From Eledone cirrhosa (lineage: Eukaryota), in contig OZ024741.1 of assembly GCA_964016885.1 (NCBI GenBank), positions 267,716,001 to 267,780,000 on the forward strand: a stretch of 64,000 nucleotides of DNA. The letters run 5' to 3'. The position numbers and the translations under genes are program-made. The notes under the pieces were generated by a model, which saw nothing but the letters and a program-made list of their open reading frames with translations, searched no databases and had not been told where the DNA came from. Shown here piece after piece: positions 44,094-58,000 of the stretch (within the stretch, counting starts at the first letter, position 1; every line of letters begins with the position of its first letter).

Positions 44094-45019
44094 ATGATTC
44101 AGCAATAAGAACCAGAAGTCCCCATGTACATCTTGTTGTAAATTTTCTTCTTGTAAATTTTCTACTAAATCATTAATGGAAGTTAAGAGTTAAAATAAAT
44201 ATACCTGCATTAAGAACAATTGCAGTACATTTACAGCTACTTTTCAACCTGGACAACACTGTGTATTATGATAAGTTCATACATAATTAACAAACATTAA
44301 TTCCTTTTGAAGCCCTAAGCACTTAAAAGATTATGGTGCTCCCCCACCTATATATATATATAAAATCTCCAAAAATAAAATGGTGCTCCTCGTCCATTAA
44401 TGGTTCAGCCCTGACAAACATATAAAACCCACAAAGTGGGTAGCAGCTACAAAAAGTAGGGAGAATTATTAAACCCTGCCAAAAAAAAAAAGAAAAAAAA
44501 AAGAAAAAAAAATCAAGACCACCTTCTACACTATGAATATGATTTGCATCCAGCTTTAATCCCCATAACAAATGGAGTAATAGAGATCAATAATAAATTA
44601 TATTAATACATGGCTGTCTCATAGGGCATTGTGCCCTGGGTCTATCTATTCAATGTAACTTTTAACACTTGAAAACACAGAGAGGGGGTGTGAAACATGA
44701 AAAAGGAAAGAGAGTGCATGGGAGACAGACAGACAGATAAGCAGTCAGACAGACAAGCAGGCAGTGGAGCTGATGATTGAACTAACATACAAAAGAAAAC
44801 CGACAGTGTTAGGAAGACATTTTAATATCAATTACATATGAATAATAATCAATAACTTGAATTGATCTGATGAACTGATCCACTGTGGTTCAACTGGGAC
44901 ATAACTGAGGTATTCAGGAAGATCAAGAAGACAAGATTAATGTTTGCCATTCTAAGAAAGAAAAGTAACTTTTAGTAGTTCTGGCTCCAATTTCTGTTGA
45001 GCCAACAAGGGAGCCTCTA

Positions 45020-45215
45020 CAGGGTCGCTTGACCTGCTAAAAATAGCACCTAAACCTTAAATCTCAGTCTACCATATTGAGAAAGAAGAAGGGCAGATTG
45101 ACTAGTGTAGTTTAAGGATCACCATGTCTGAATAAATGATGGCATGGTCACAGCTGGAACATTTTAAATCATAGGACTGCTTGATTGGGACAGGCCTAGG
45201 GCTAAAGAGCAGCAA
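45020..45215 (+). mobile_element. Interspersed retroposon 3' module with (CAA)n-like tail
   Basis: ggtcgcttgacctgctaaaaatagc...ggtcacagctggaacattttaaatcatagg...cctagggctaaa. Related pieces at 20375-20500(-), 39297-39368 and 46280-46625. Confidence 0.55.
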
Positions 45216-46325
45216 CACAAGCAGCTTGGTAAACTGAGAATATGCAGACCAAAAGATGATTAGAAGCTACAAAACACTTGCAAACGGTGACAAATTGACC
45301 AAGAAATTAGAGTGTAGGACTTATAGTATTTGTTTTAGTTCAGTATGCTCTGATTTCAAAACCCTCAGGTGTCAACTTTGCCTAACATCTTTAGTGGGGG
45401 CTGATAAGAAGAGGACCAGTTCAGGGCAATGGATAGATAGAAATGTTAGGGTATTGATTAAGATGTCTACATTTCACATTTAACCTACTTAAACTAGCAC
45501 CAGCTTAACACTGATTACTAAATACTTAATGAGTAGTTTGAAATGAGGCCCAACACTTCACATCTGACTTGATTCTATTACCAACTTTGAGGTCTTACAT
45601 TTCACATTTAATTTTAACCTATTACCAGCTTTGTATAAACCTGGTAATCCCCAACACTGGGTGAACTGAAGCTATGTAGAATATAATGTTCTACTTAGAA
45701 ACACAAGAATGACTGGAGGGATTTTCAACTCACAGTCTATGAGCAGTTAGTTGAATATTTCATCCTCTCACAAACTCAAAAGTGTCTACAGCCATTAGAA
45801 AATATCTAAACATTATGTCCTTTGATATTCTGATTTCAAATTCCACCAGATGTCAACATTGCATCTAATCTCTCAAAGTTTGATGAAATAAGTACTAGTC
45901 AAGTACTGAGGTTGGGTGTGTAATTAGAAATTAACTGTATAGAATAGCACCCAAGACTAGATTAACCATTAAGCAAAATAAGCACAAGCTAAGGGCATCA
46001 AGGGAAGAGAGGCACCATTTTATTCAAATGTCATTTCCAAAAATTGTTTCTGACAAACTTTATACATAAAGGGGACCTGGAGAAGGGATGGGCTCTGCCA
46101 GGTTTTAAAATGCCCTAGAAATGCTGTATCTTAATATCTACAACTCTCTTAGGAGTTATGGGAGTTAAAAGAAAAGAAATATATAAAGGACACTATAATC
46201 TTTTATAAGCTTAGGGATTCAAAAGGACTTAACCTGGCCCTGTTCCAATCAAAAGTATGTTGCCTTGAGGCAATGAGGGGCACCTCAATTTGCTAGAAAT
46301 TGTGACAAAATCCTAGACTACAATC

Positions 46326-46520
46326 TTAACTCTCAATACCTTGTAATGATTCAGCAGAAAATGTCAACAAACGGGTTTATTAATTCAAATGTTTATAGCA
46401 ACTTTACTGGTGGAGAAATTGTTATGGAAATTTGCAGTATTAGGCTAAAGTGAAAACTTCAATATTTTATGTGATGCACTCTTAGTGCAGTTTCATGTGG
46501 TATGGGAGATTAAGAGTTAA
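46326..46520. mobile_element. TTAA-flanked MITE
   Basis: ttaactctcaat...attaagagttaa termini; related pieces at ~39000-39120 and 43790-44192. Confidence 0.55.
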
Positions 46521-47943
46521 AAGGACTCATTAATTAATGTATAATGGGGTAAATTATACACGAAAGAAAAAATAAGCAGGGTTGATCATAGCTGGAATAC
46601 CTTTAATCATAGGTCTTCTTGATCAGATATACAAAAACATCTTGGAGCTATACAAAAACAATTTTATCCCTTTGAATCTATGTTAGTCAAGTACTGGATA
46701 TCAATCAAAGTCACCTTCATCTATACACCCTAGTAATTTGAGTTCTTGTGTTTATATTGTATGTGTGGGTTTGTAACTCCTGATGGAATCATAGGGGCAC
46801 TGTTATGACATATTGCATGTCTTGGGCATTTCAAACCTGGCAGAGCCCATCCCTTCTCCAGGTCTGAACACAGCCTATTTCTTCCAAAGAAGGAGAAAGG
46901 GAGTGATAGAGAGGAATTGAGAAAGAGATATAGAGGAAGAATCGACCTCAGTTTTGGACTAGTACTTTTTTATTAACCTAGAAAGAATGAAAGGCAAAGG
47001 TGACCTAAGTGGGATTTAAATCCAGAAGGCAAAGAATCAGAACAAATACTAATGTTCTAAAAATTCTGTTAATTCGCCATTTTCTTATGTTTATATCAAA
47101 AAGTAGTTGTAGTTTGAAATTCTCTATACTGTCATCTCATCATGATTGGTGTCTTTGTGTTTATGTTAGAAAACATTAACAAAAGAAAGAAGAGAAATAA
47201 AATCTAGATTTTCATCACCTCAGATCTGAGATATAATATATCTTTATATATGGCATATGTTTTTATATGCCTGGTGTTGACAGGAACAACAGTTCACTGG
47301 AACACTCTCTCTTAGACTAGTAAACAAAGGAACAGCAGTAACTCCTTGAATCCATAAGTATTTCTTCATTTGCAGCACCACTAACAACACTACCATGTAT
47401 CACCATATTCAACATTATTACAGAAACAATTATTATTCTCGTGTATATTACCACCATAATCAATATCACCATTAATTATCACTATCAATGTCATAATTAA
47501 ATACCACTATCATCACCACCACCACCAACAACAACAACAACAACAACAACATTGCCACAATCATCATCATCATCAATGTTATCAAAATTATCATCATTAC
47601 CGTCAATAGCATCATCATCATCATCATCAATATCACTATTATTATCACCATCAATACAATCGATATAATCATCATCATCACCATCATCATTGACATCACC
47701 ATTAATAGCATTCACATTAATACCTATCAATATCACAATCACCACCACTACCATCCTGTCAACAGTACCATCACAACAAAAGCTTGGTGCCTGAGTATTC
47801 TCACCTAATATGACCCCATCCCCATGTCTCCTAAACATCACCACACCAACTACCATGTAAAAGTTAAGAATGTATTCACTTGTAATATTTAACCCTTTTG
47901 TGGCCATATGTTTAAGGAAATACAAGTATATTGTGATTCAATA

Positions 47944-48279
47944 GACACTATAGAAAGGATTCTATTGGCTAATTACGTTGTCAATATATATATAAGGTTT
48001 TGAGATGAGTTAATATCTGTATACAACAACTACAACGGTACGCGATGGGGCTCACCCACAGCCCCGGTGGACAGAATGGAGAAGGTGTTTCCCCAGAGGA
48101 CGGCAAGGGAGACGCACTGGAAAAGCCATTCCAGCTCGCGAGGCTCACACCTGCGGCTGGCCAGCTCAGCGTCTATGGTGGTGAGTAAGGAGGTAGCCCT
48201 GGGGACAAGGACACTAGAAGTCTCCAATGCCAGGGGTACGACTGCAAACCTGTCGGAGAGCGACCGGTATTTGAGGAGT
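47944..48279 (-). mobile_element. CRE-like RLE retrotransposon 3' end, flanked by a 13-bp direct repeat
   Basis: HKLLKYRSLSDRFAVVPLALETSSVL.P...REPRELEWLFQCVSLAVLWGN, homologous to ~4140-4350. ttgtgattcaata at 47931-47943 and 48280-48292. Confidence 0.65.
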
Positions 48280-49174
48280 TTGTGATTCAATAAACTAATG
48301 AAAAACATGGAGGGATTTACTAAAATTATTAATTGTTTCAATATAAATGTGGTATTTGAAAGACAACTTAAAAAAAGATTCCTATATCATATTATGTTTG
48401 AAGATGAAGATGTTAATTAAAATAGGGACCCTTTAAAATGCAGGATGGTTGTTTCATGAAAAGAGGGAGATTTGGAATAACTTGGTTTCAAAAGGTTTAA
48501 ATAAAAAAAATATACATTTTATAAAAATAAACAAACAAATGACCACCCACCCCCACACCACACGCCATTCCCACCTTGCTCTCCCTTTAACTTGATTCCC
48601 TGGTCCCAACCAACCAACCGACTCACCTATCATCTTCAACCACCAGCATAGTAATGATGGAGTACATGGGGTTTAGAATGTATCTCAATCAATACTGCTG
48701 TTTTACCATAGCACCATAGCAACTAAAAAACAAAATTAAAAAAATAAAATAAAACTCATCTCAGGTAATGCTGGACTAAGTATTTAACAAATTGCTGTTG
48801 TCACTATGGTTACAGATATTGTTTCCCCCCTTCATCACCATCATGGCTTCACCCATGATAGCTAGTTCACCATCACTACCATCACAACCCTACCCCATGG
48901 CTGGTTGCTGGTTGCTGGTTTTATTCCACCTCTGAGTATCCCAGGTTTGTTAAAAGACAGTGAAGATAAATGACCTGGCATTGATTTTGATTTTATTTTT
49001 TATCAAAAGTAACAATTAAATCACATGAGAAAGCAGTGTATATATCATTTGGGTGAACTTGCATGACACACACACACACACACACACATATACATGTATA
49101 TATGCACACACACAGACATATCTATGTATGTATTGACCCATAACTTCTGATGGAGTTATAAGCAACATATGTTT

Positions 49175-50095
<921 letters not shown>

Positions 50096-50165
50096 GAAAA
50101 AGAGATGAAATCGAAAATGCAACTGGAGTCTTATTTTTTTTTTAAATATATATATTTATTTAGTT

Positions 50166-50203
50166 CCTTTACCGGTTTCGCAGTTCTTCTGCTTTTCAAA
50201 AGG
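50166..50203 (-). ncRNA. Minimal hammerhead ribozyme (U3-A8 variant), left arm
   Basis: Reverse complement CCTT-TTGAAAA-GCAG(AAGAA)CTGC-GAAA-CCGG-TA/AAGG. Confidence 0.7.
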
Positions 50204-50699
50204 TGAGTTGAGATGGAGGGTCTGTGGTTTTTCTCACATCTGGTTGGTCTCTGAATGTTACTTGTTTTATATGAAAAAAGTGGCTCGAAAACCAGGTTTT
50301 TCGAGAAGTAATTTGATTGGTTTGTCAATAATTATAATAAATTTCGCGCCAGTTCGCGTTACAATAGTTCTTCAAATAAGAGGGGGGGTTGTCACAGGTT
50401 GTTTTTTTCATATATGAGTGTTTGAATTTCTTTTTACTTGAAAAAAGGAGGCTCACGAAGGCTTTTTTTGGGGTTGGTTATAAATGAAATTTGGCTGTCA
50501 CATGAACAAGTTTTCATTACATTTTTGCGCCCTTATTTGGAAAACTATTCTGTAGTCTTTATAGTGAATGTTATGACAATGGAGAGATAGTGGTCAAGAG
50601 AAAAGGGATTGGGAGAATTGTTCTGGTTCAGTGAATATGGCCAGCTCCCTGGGGTGTCAGAGTTCAGATTTTCTATTGAAGTGAAGATATGTATGTTTA

Positions 50700-50760
<61 letters not shown>

Positions 50761-51234
50761 TGGAAGATGATTCTATTAGTAGAAATGGGGGAGGGAGTTG
50801 TGTGTGTGTGTATATGGGTGTTATGTGTGTGTGTGCGAGTATGTTAAGATGGAGAGAATATATATTTTGTGTGTGTGTATATATATATGTGTGTAGGAAA
50901 GTGGTTCTATTAGTAGAAATGGGGAGCAAGTTGTAGGTGTGGGGGTTGTTATGTGTGTGTATGGGTGTTATGTGTGTGGGAGTATGGTTAGCATGTTAAG
51001 ATGAAGAGAATATATATATATATATTGTGTGTGTGTATGTGTGTGTGTAGGAAAGTGATTCCTTTAGTAGGAATATTTTTGAATGAACATATTTTCCTTA
51101 CTTTTTCGTGTTTGCTGTTGTATTGCCAGTGCAAACGTATGTTAAGGTTTATTTAGTTCGGGTTTTTATTTTCTAAAGTAGAAGGTGTTATGTGTGTGTG
51201 TGTATGTCATATTGTGGTGTTGACATAATGTATA

Positions 51235-52266
51235 TTAAACCTTATTTAATGTTGGTCTATATTTTTGAATAAAGATATTTTCCTTATTTATTCGCATTTG
51301 TTCTGTTGTATTGTTAGCGCAAAGGTAAAATGGGAAGACTTGGAATTTGGGTGTCTTATTACTTGCGCAAATGTCTAGATGTGCACTTAGTGGTATCTGT
51401 CTCGTGGTTGGATCTCGTAATTGTTGGCGATGAACTGTCATTCTGTTTCTGAGTGTGAGTTTAGTTTGTCCTATATAATCTTCATTGCATCCTTTACATT
51501 TAATGGCATAAATTAGATTTTTTGATGAGCAAGTGAAGTGATTTTTTACAGTAAAATTTTGTCCTGATTTAAATGTATACGTGTTGCCTTCAATGAGGTG
51601 AGTGCAGGTTCCACAATTAGAGCGACCACATTTTTTGATACTTGGTTGTGGGTTTGTGGTAGGTAATTTGGCATTGGTGAGTAATGTTTTCAGTGATTTT
51701 GGTTGTCTTTTGCTTTTGATTATTTTGTGTGTTTCAAGGGCTTTTTTCATTCTTGGGTTTTGTTTTAGTAGTGGGATGTTATTGTGAATAGTGTTGTAAG
51801 CTTCCGCATTTCTTGGGTTGTGTGTTGAGATATATGATAGAATATTGGACGTACCTTGAATTTGTTTCTGTTTCCGTAATTCATCAATGCCTATTGCTTT
51901 AGCCCTTTCTATTCCATTATTTATTAGTAATAGTGGGTACTCTCTCTCAAGTAGAATTTCCTTTAATTCTTGAAGTCTTTTATTTCGCGTTTCATAATTG
52001 GAGACAATTGTGCAAATTCTTCTTGCTAGGTTAAAAGGAATGTTCGTCTTCATGTGCTTTGGATGGTTGGAGGTGAATAGCAGGTATTGTTTGGAATCTG
52101 TTGGTTTGTAGTGTATGTCAGTTTCGATATTTGTGTCTTTTTTTATGATTAAGATGTCCAGAAATGGGAGTTGATCTTGGCTGTATTCCATTGTGAATTG
52201 GATGTGGTTATTGATGCCGTTTATTAGGTTTTTGAAATCCTTCAGTTGGTCGAGTGTGTGGGACCA
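51235..52266 (-). CDS. Penelope-like RT C-terminus + Cys linker + GIY-YIG endonuclease (5'-truncated)
   Basis: IQFTME...LPFLDI...IHYKPTD..QYL...SNHP.H (PLE RT thumb); CGRSNCGTC linker; NLIYAIKC..C..DYIGQT...LRNRM..HR...H...E..FI..Y.P.LN. Frame stays open upstream of the ATG at 52191 up to the junction. Confidence 0.92.
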   Translation of the reverse strand, partial: WSHTLDQLKDFKNLINGINNHIQFTMEYSQDQLPFLDILIIKKDTNIETDIHYKPTDSKQYLLFTSNHPKHMKTNIPFNLARRICTIVSNYETRNKRLQELKEILLEREYPLLLINNGIERAKAIGIDELRKQKQIQGTSNILSYISTHNPRNAEAYNTIHNNIPLLKQNPRMKKALETHKIIKSKRQPKSLKTLLTNAKLPTTNPQPSIKKCGRSNCGTCTHLIEGNTYTFKSGQNFTVKNHFTCSSKNLIYAIKCKGCNEDYIGQTKLTLRNRMTVHRQQLRDPTTRQIPLSAHLDICASNKTPKFQVFPFYLCANNTTEQMRINKENIFIQKYRPTLNKV

Positions 52267-52510
52267 AAATATAGACCAACATTAAATAAGGTTTAATATA
52301 CATTATGTCAACACCACACTATGACATACACACACACACATAACACCTTCTACTTTAGAAAATAAAAACCCGAACTAAATAAACCTTAACATACGTTTGC
52401 ACTGGCAATACAACAGCAAACACGAAAAAGTAAGGAAAATATGTTCATTCAAAAATATTCCTACTAAAGGAATCACTTTTCTACACACACACATACACAC
52501 ACACACAATA

Positions 52511-52812
52511 TCATCATCATCATCAGGTTTAGCGTCCGTGTTCCACGCTTGCATGGGTTTGGACGGGGGTTTTCCCACTTGAGGCAAGAGTGGTTGTCTT
52601 GCTCGCATAGGACTGTCTGGCGGGTTTTCTACAGTTGGATGCCCTTCCTAACACCAACCACATTTACAGTGTGGGGCTGGGAGGTTTTTACCGTATTGCC
52701 TACACGGCCACATTACAGCATGGACTGTCTGGTGGGTTTTCTACAGCTGGATGCCCTTCCTAACACCAACCACATTTACAGTGTGGGGCTGGGAGGTTTT
52801 TACCGTGTTGCC
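52511..52812 (-). mobile_element. RTE/SINE 3'-module insertion into the right Penelope arm
   Basis: Absent from the left arm. Inserted in a TA tract, has a (GAT)n tail and an internal duplication of the aggaagggcatcc module. Confidence 0.85.
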
Positions 52813-53073
52813 TATATATATATATTCTCTTCATCTTAACATGCTAACCATACTCCCACACACATAACACCCATACACACACATAACAACCCCCACACCT
52901 ACAACTTGCTCCCCATTTCTACTAATAGAACCACTTTCCTACACACATATATATATACACACACACAAAATATATATTCTCTCCATCTTAACATACTCGC
53001 ACACACACACATAACACCCATATACACACACACACAACTCCCTCCCCCATTTCTACTAATAGAATCATCTTCC

Positions 53074-53126
<53 letters not shown>

Positions 53127-53640
53127 GCACACAAATAAACATACATATCTTCACTTCAATAGAAAATCTGAACTCTGACACCCCGGCGAGCTGGCCATAT
53201 TCACTGAACCAGAACAATTCTCCCAATCCCTTTTCTCTTGACCACTATCTCTCCATTGTCATAACATTCACTATAAAGACTACAGAATAGTTTTCCAAAT
53301 AAGGGTGCAAAAATGTAATGAAAACTTGTTCACGTGACAGCCAAATTTCATTTATAACCAACCCCAAAAAAGCCTTCGTGAGCCTCCTTTTTTCAAGTAA
53401 AAAGAAATTCAAACACTCATATATGAAAAAACAACCTGTGACAACCCCCCCCCCCCCCCTCTCTTATTGGAATAACTATTGTAATGCGAACTGGCGCGAA
53501 ATTTATTATAATTATTGACAAACCAATCAAATTACTTCTCGAAAAACCTGGCATTTCGAGCCACTTTTTCCATATAAAACAAGTAACATTCAGAGACCAA
53601 CCAGATGTGAGAAAAACCACAGACCCTCCATCTCAACTCA

Positions 53641-53678
53641 CCTTTTGAAAAGCAGAAGAACTGCGAAACCGGTAAAGG
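53641..53678 (+). ncRNA. Minimal hammerhead ribozyme (U3-A8 variant), right arm
   Basis: CCTT-TTGAAAA-GCAG(AAGAA)CTGC-GAAA-CCGG-TA/AAGG; stems I and II paired, palindromic ACCGGT stem III, GUA site. Confidence 0.7.
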
Positions 53679-53809
53679 AACGAAATAAATATATATATTT
53701 TTTTTAAAAATAAGACTCCAGTTGCATTTTCAATTTCATCTCTTTTTCTTTATACTTTCACTCGTGTAGGACACCTCGGTTATTTTTCATTTTGTAAAAA
53801 AAACCTCAC

Positions 53810-53846
<37 letters not shown>

Positions 53847-54185
53847 TATATACATATATATATACATACATATATAATCAGTTCCCGTCCCAGCCTTGCA
53901 AGCAGGGAAAAGCAGACGTAAAATGATGATGATGATGATGATATATATACATATACATATATATATACATATATATACATATACATATATATATACATAT
54001 ATATACATATACATATATATATATACATATATATACATATATATATAAATATATATAAATATATATATATATATACATATATATAAATATATATACATAT
54101 ATATACATATATATAAATATATATACATACATATATATATATATAAATATATATACATATATATATATAAATATATATACATATA

Positions 54186-54506
54186 TCATCATCATCATCA
54201 TCATTTTACGTCCACTTTTCCCTGCTTGCAAGGGTGGGACGGGAACTGATTCTGGCTTGATTTCTACAGCTGGATGCCCTTCCTAACACCAATCTCATTA
54301 ACAGTGAGTGCTGGGTGCTTTTTTGCCGTGGCACCTCCACGACCACTTTGCAGTGGAATGATATGGACCCCAGTTCCTATCATCTCATTTCTACAGCTGA
54401 GTAAACTGGAGCAATGTGAAATAAAGTATCTTGCTCAAGGAAACAACACATCACCCGGTCTGAGAATTGAACTCACAACCTTTCGATTGCAAGGCCACTA
54501 AGCCAT
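54186..54506 (-). mobile_element. SINE with tRNA-like head and RTE-type tail (copy of 28373-28703)
   Basis: High similarity to 28373-28703, with a short deletion in the head. Confidence 0.85.
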
Positions 54507-55099
54507 ATATACATATATATAAATATATATACGTATATATATATACATATACTCGCTACCATTTTGGCCGAAAATGTTTCCCTCTCACTCCCTCTCACTC
54601 CCTACTCGCACCAAATATAAATAAGCCTGTTACGAGGGACAAAACTCAGAATTTGCCAACTCTTATTAATGGTCAGTCCGCTTCTACGAAATGTAACGTA
54701 TAAATAACATTTTCTTCTTGCCTCCCCACCCTTCGGTTCATTCATCCATATAACTATAATCGCCTGAATCCAAATCCTACTTCATAATTGCTATTCTATA
54801 ATTCTGTCTCACTGTTCTAAAAAATCTTCTCCACGCTCGTTCTAAATAATCTTCTCGCTACCATTTTGGCCGAAAATTTTTCCAGGATTCATAAATATGG
54901 CCTCTCTCTCTCTCGGCCTTCTAAATTCGCTATCACCCCCACTCTTTCTATCATATACGTCGCTCCCTCAATCTCTCTCTCACTCCCTCTCACTCCCTAC
55001 TCGCACCAAATATAAATAAGCCTGCTCCTTGCTAACTACCCCATACCCCTCCCACCTGCCCCCACTCTCCACCTTTATTATTTGGACCAATCACAAGTC

Positions 55100-58000
55100 A
55101 ACGGCCTATGCTATCACTTCTGGTTGCTTTTCAATATGATGAATGGACTAAGGAATTTCTGGAGAGTCTGAAGAATCTGGACACTCGAAGACAATGCCAA
55201 AGATAACGACAAATTCACCTCATGCTGCCGGACGAAAGGGCAAGGCTCCCTCCTCTTTGTTACGGCCGCGGATGGCCAACATAACCCCAACCCCATCCCC
55301 CTCATCCCTCCCTGCGCCCCACCCACCAAACGCAATCCAAAACTTCAGAGTTGGTACCATGAATGTAGGCACCTTAAAAGGCCGCGCTAACGAGGTTGTA
55401 GAAATGCTTGAACGTAAGGAGGTTGATGTTTGCTGTATCCAAGAGACCAGGTGGAGGGGCGGGTCTGCTAGATTCATTGTGGGTAAAAAACGATGCTATA
55501 AGCTTTTCTGGGTGGGAAATGACAATGGGCTGGGTGGGTGGGGTAGGAATCATGTTAGCAGAAAAATGGGTGGATAAGATAATAGACGTAAATAGAGTGA
55601 ATGACAGAATAATTAAAATAAGACTTGTTCTAAATAGAACTACTGTGACGGTAATATCTGCGTACGCGCCCCAATCCGGACTGCCTGGCGCTATAAAAGA
55701 CAGTTTCTATGAGACACTGATGCTCACTACCTCCCAAATAACCGACAGTGACTATATAATTATTGGTGGCGACCTAAATGGTCATGTTGGACAACATTGT
55801 GATGGCTATGATGGAATCCACGGAGGCTATGGGTTTGGTACTAGAAATGAGGAAGGCTCCAGAATCCTGGAATTCTGTGACGCAAATAACCTAACTATCT
55901 GTAACACTAACTTCAAAAAACGAGACAATCACTTGATCACCTACAGATCAGGGGAACATACCAGCCAGGTAGATTATATCCTTACCAGAAGATGTGACAA
56001 AGTGACTGTTGTAAACACTAAATCCCTCCCCCATGAAGAATGCACCTCCCAACATACTGATAATTAGCGACCTCATAGTCAGGACGAGACGTACTCGACA
56101 ACAGAAAAGGACTATCCTCAGGAGAAAAATATGGAAGCTAAAGGACCCCACAGCCAGAAATAAATTTAAAAGCATATTACTTGATGCTTTCGACAGTAAG
56201 GAAGAGCATTTAGAGTCGTCATACAATATAGAGGAACAGTGGGAATTCCTGAAAGCAAACCTGCTGATGGCAGCAGACAAAATCTGTGGCTGGAGCAGGC
56301 CTATAGGCAGGAGGAGAGTAACATGGTGGTGGAACAGTAAGGTGGAAGAGTTAATTAAGGCCAAAAAGCAGGCTTGGAAAGTATGGCGGGATGGAGGAAG
56401 TAGAGAAGACTATCAAGTGGCCAGGAGGGAAGCTAGGAGACAAGTGTACTTCGCAAGAAGGGAAGCTGAGGAAAGAAAGTTCAAGCATGTTCTACAACGC
56501 GAGGACCAAAAACGTGAGGTGTTCAGGATTGCTAGGCAATGTGTCAAGGAAAACCGTGATATTGTCGGGGAGAAGTGTGTACTTAATGATGATGGTGTAC
56601 TTGCCATCACTGACGCTGATAAGAAGGTAGCTTGGAAGTGTCACTACGAAAGGCTACTAAATGGGAGAAAGACAGTCTCCCCCACATCGACCCAATAGAG
56701 GGACCAGCAGTGTTAGTCGAAGGTAGTATAATAAGTAAGGCAATCAAAGATATGAAGACGGGTAAGGCGGCTGGGCCTTCGGAAATAGTTGCTGAAATGC
56801 TGAAAGCCTCTGGAACGGTGGGACACTCCATGGTCACCCGGATAGTAAACCAAGTCATACAGAATGGGGTTGTTCCGAAGGACTGGCGTAGCAGCATCAT
56901 CATTAACTGCTACAAGGGTAAAGGAGATACCCTAGATAGGAGTAACTATAGAGGCATTAAATTAATCGACCAGGTCATGAAGGTCACAGAAAAAGTAATA
57001 GCGCAACTAATCAGAGAGCGAATTGATCTAGATGAAATGCAGTTCGGGTTTGTGTCAGGCAAAAGTACCACAGACGCTCTTTTCATTGTACGACAACTAC
57101 AGGAGAAGTACCTAGCTAAAAGTAAACCCCTATACTTAGCTTTTGTCGACTTGGAGAAAGCTTTCGACAAAGTCCCCCATTCCATTATCTGGTGGGCTCT
57201 TAGAAAACTAGGTGTTGATGAATGGCTTGTGAGAGCTATACAAGCCATGTATAAAGAAACAGTGAGCAAGGTTAGAATTAACAACGAATATAGTGAAGAG
57301 TTTAGCGTAAAAGTTGGTGTTCATCAGGGCTCCGTTCTTAGCCCCCTACTATTTATTATTGCCCTTCAGGCTATAACAGTGGAGTTCAAGACCGGCTGCC
57401 CATGGGAACTCCTATACGCAGATGATCTAACGCTCATAGCTGAATCAATGGCCGAACTAGAGAAGAAATTCCAAACATGGAAGCATGGCCTAGAATCAAA
57501 AGGCCTTAGAATTAACCTGTCTAAGACTAAAGTTCTAGTTTGTAGGAAGGAAAATAGGGCGCCGATCCCATCCGGGAAATGGCCATGCTCAGTGTGTAGG
57601 AAAGGAGTAGGTAGAAACTCCATTTTATGTCCCAAATGCAAAGTATGGGTGCATAAAAGATGTAGTGGGATCACAGGTAAGCTAACTAAGAACATAGATT
57701 TTATATGTGGCCGGTGCTCTGGTGCAATAAGTAGCAGCAAGTGCCCACAGAAACTAGCTCTTTCAATTGCACAGATGGTTCTATAAAAATAGTGGACAGC
57801 TTCTGTTACCTGGGTGACAAAATCAGCAGCGGGGGAGGGTGCTCTGAAAGTACAGTAGCTAGAGTCAGAACTGGATGGAAAAAGTTCAGAGAGCTTATAC
57901 CACTATTAGCCGCTAAAGGGTTCTCCCTAAAAATGAAAGGCAGGCTGTATGATGCCTGCATACGAACAGCAATGTTGCATGGCAGTGAGACCTGGGCATT

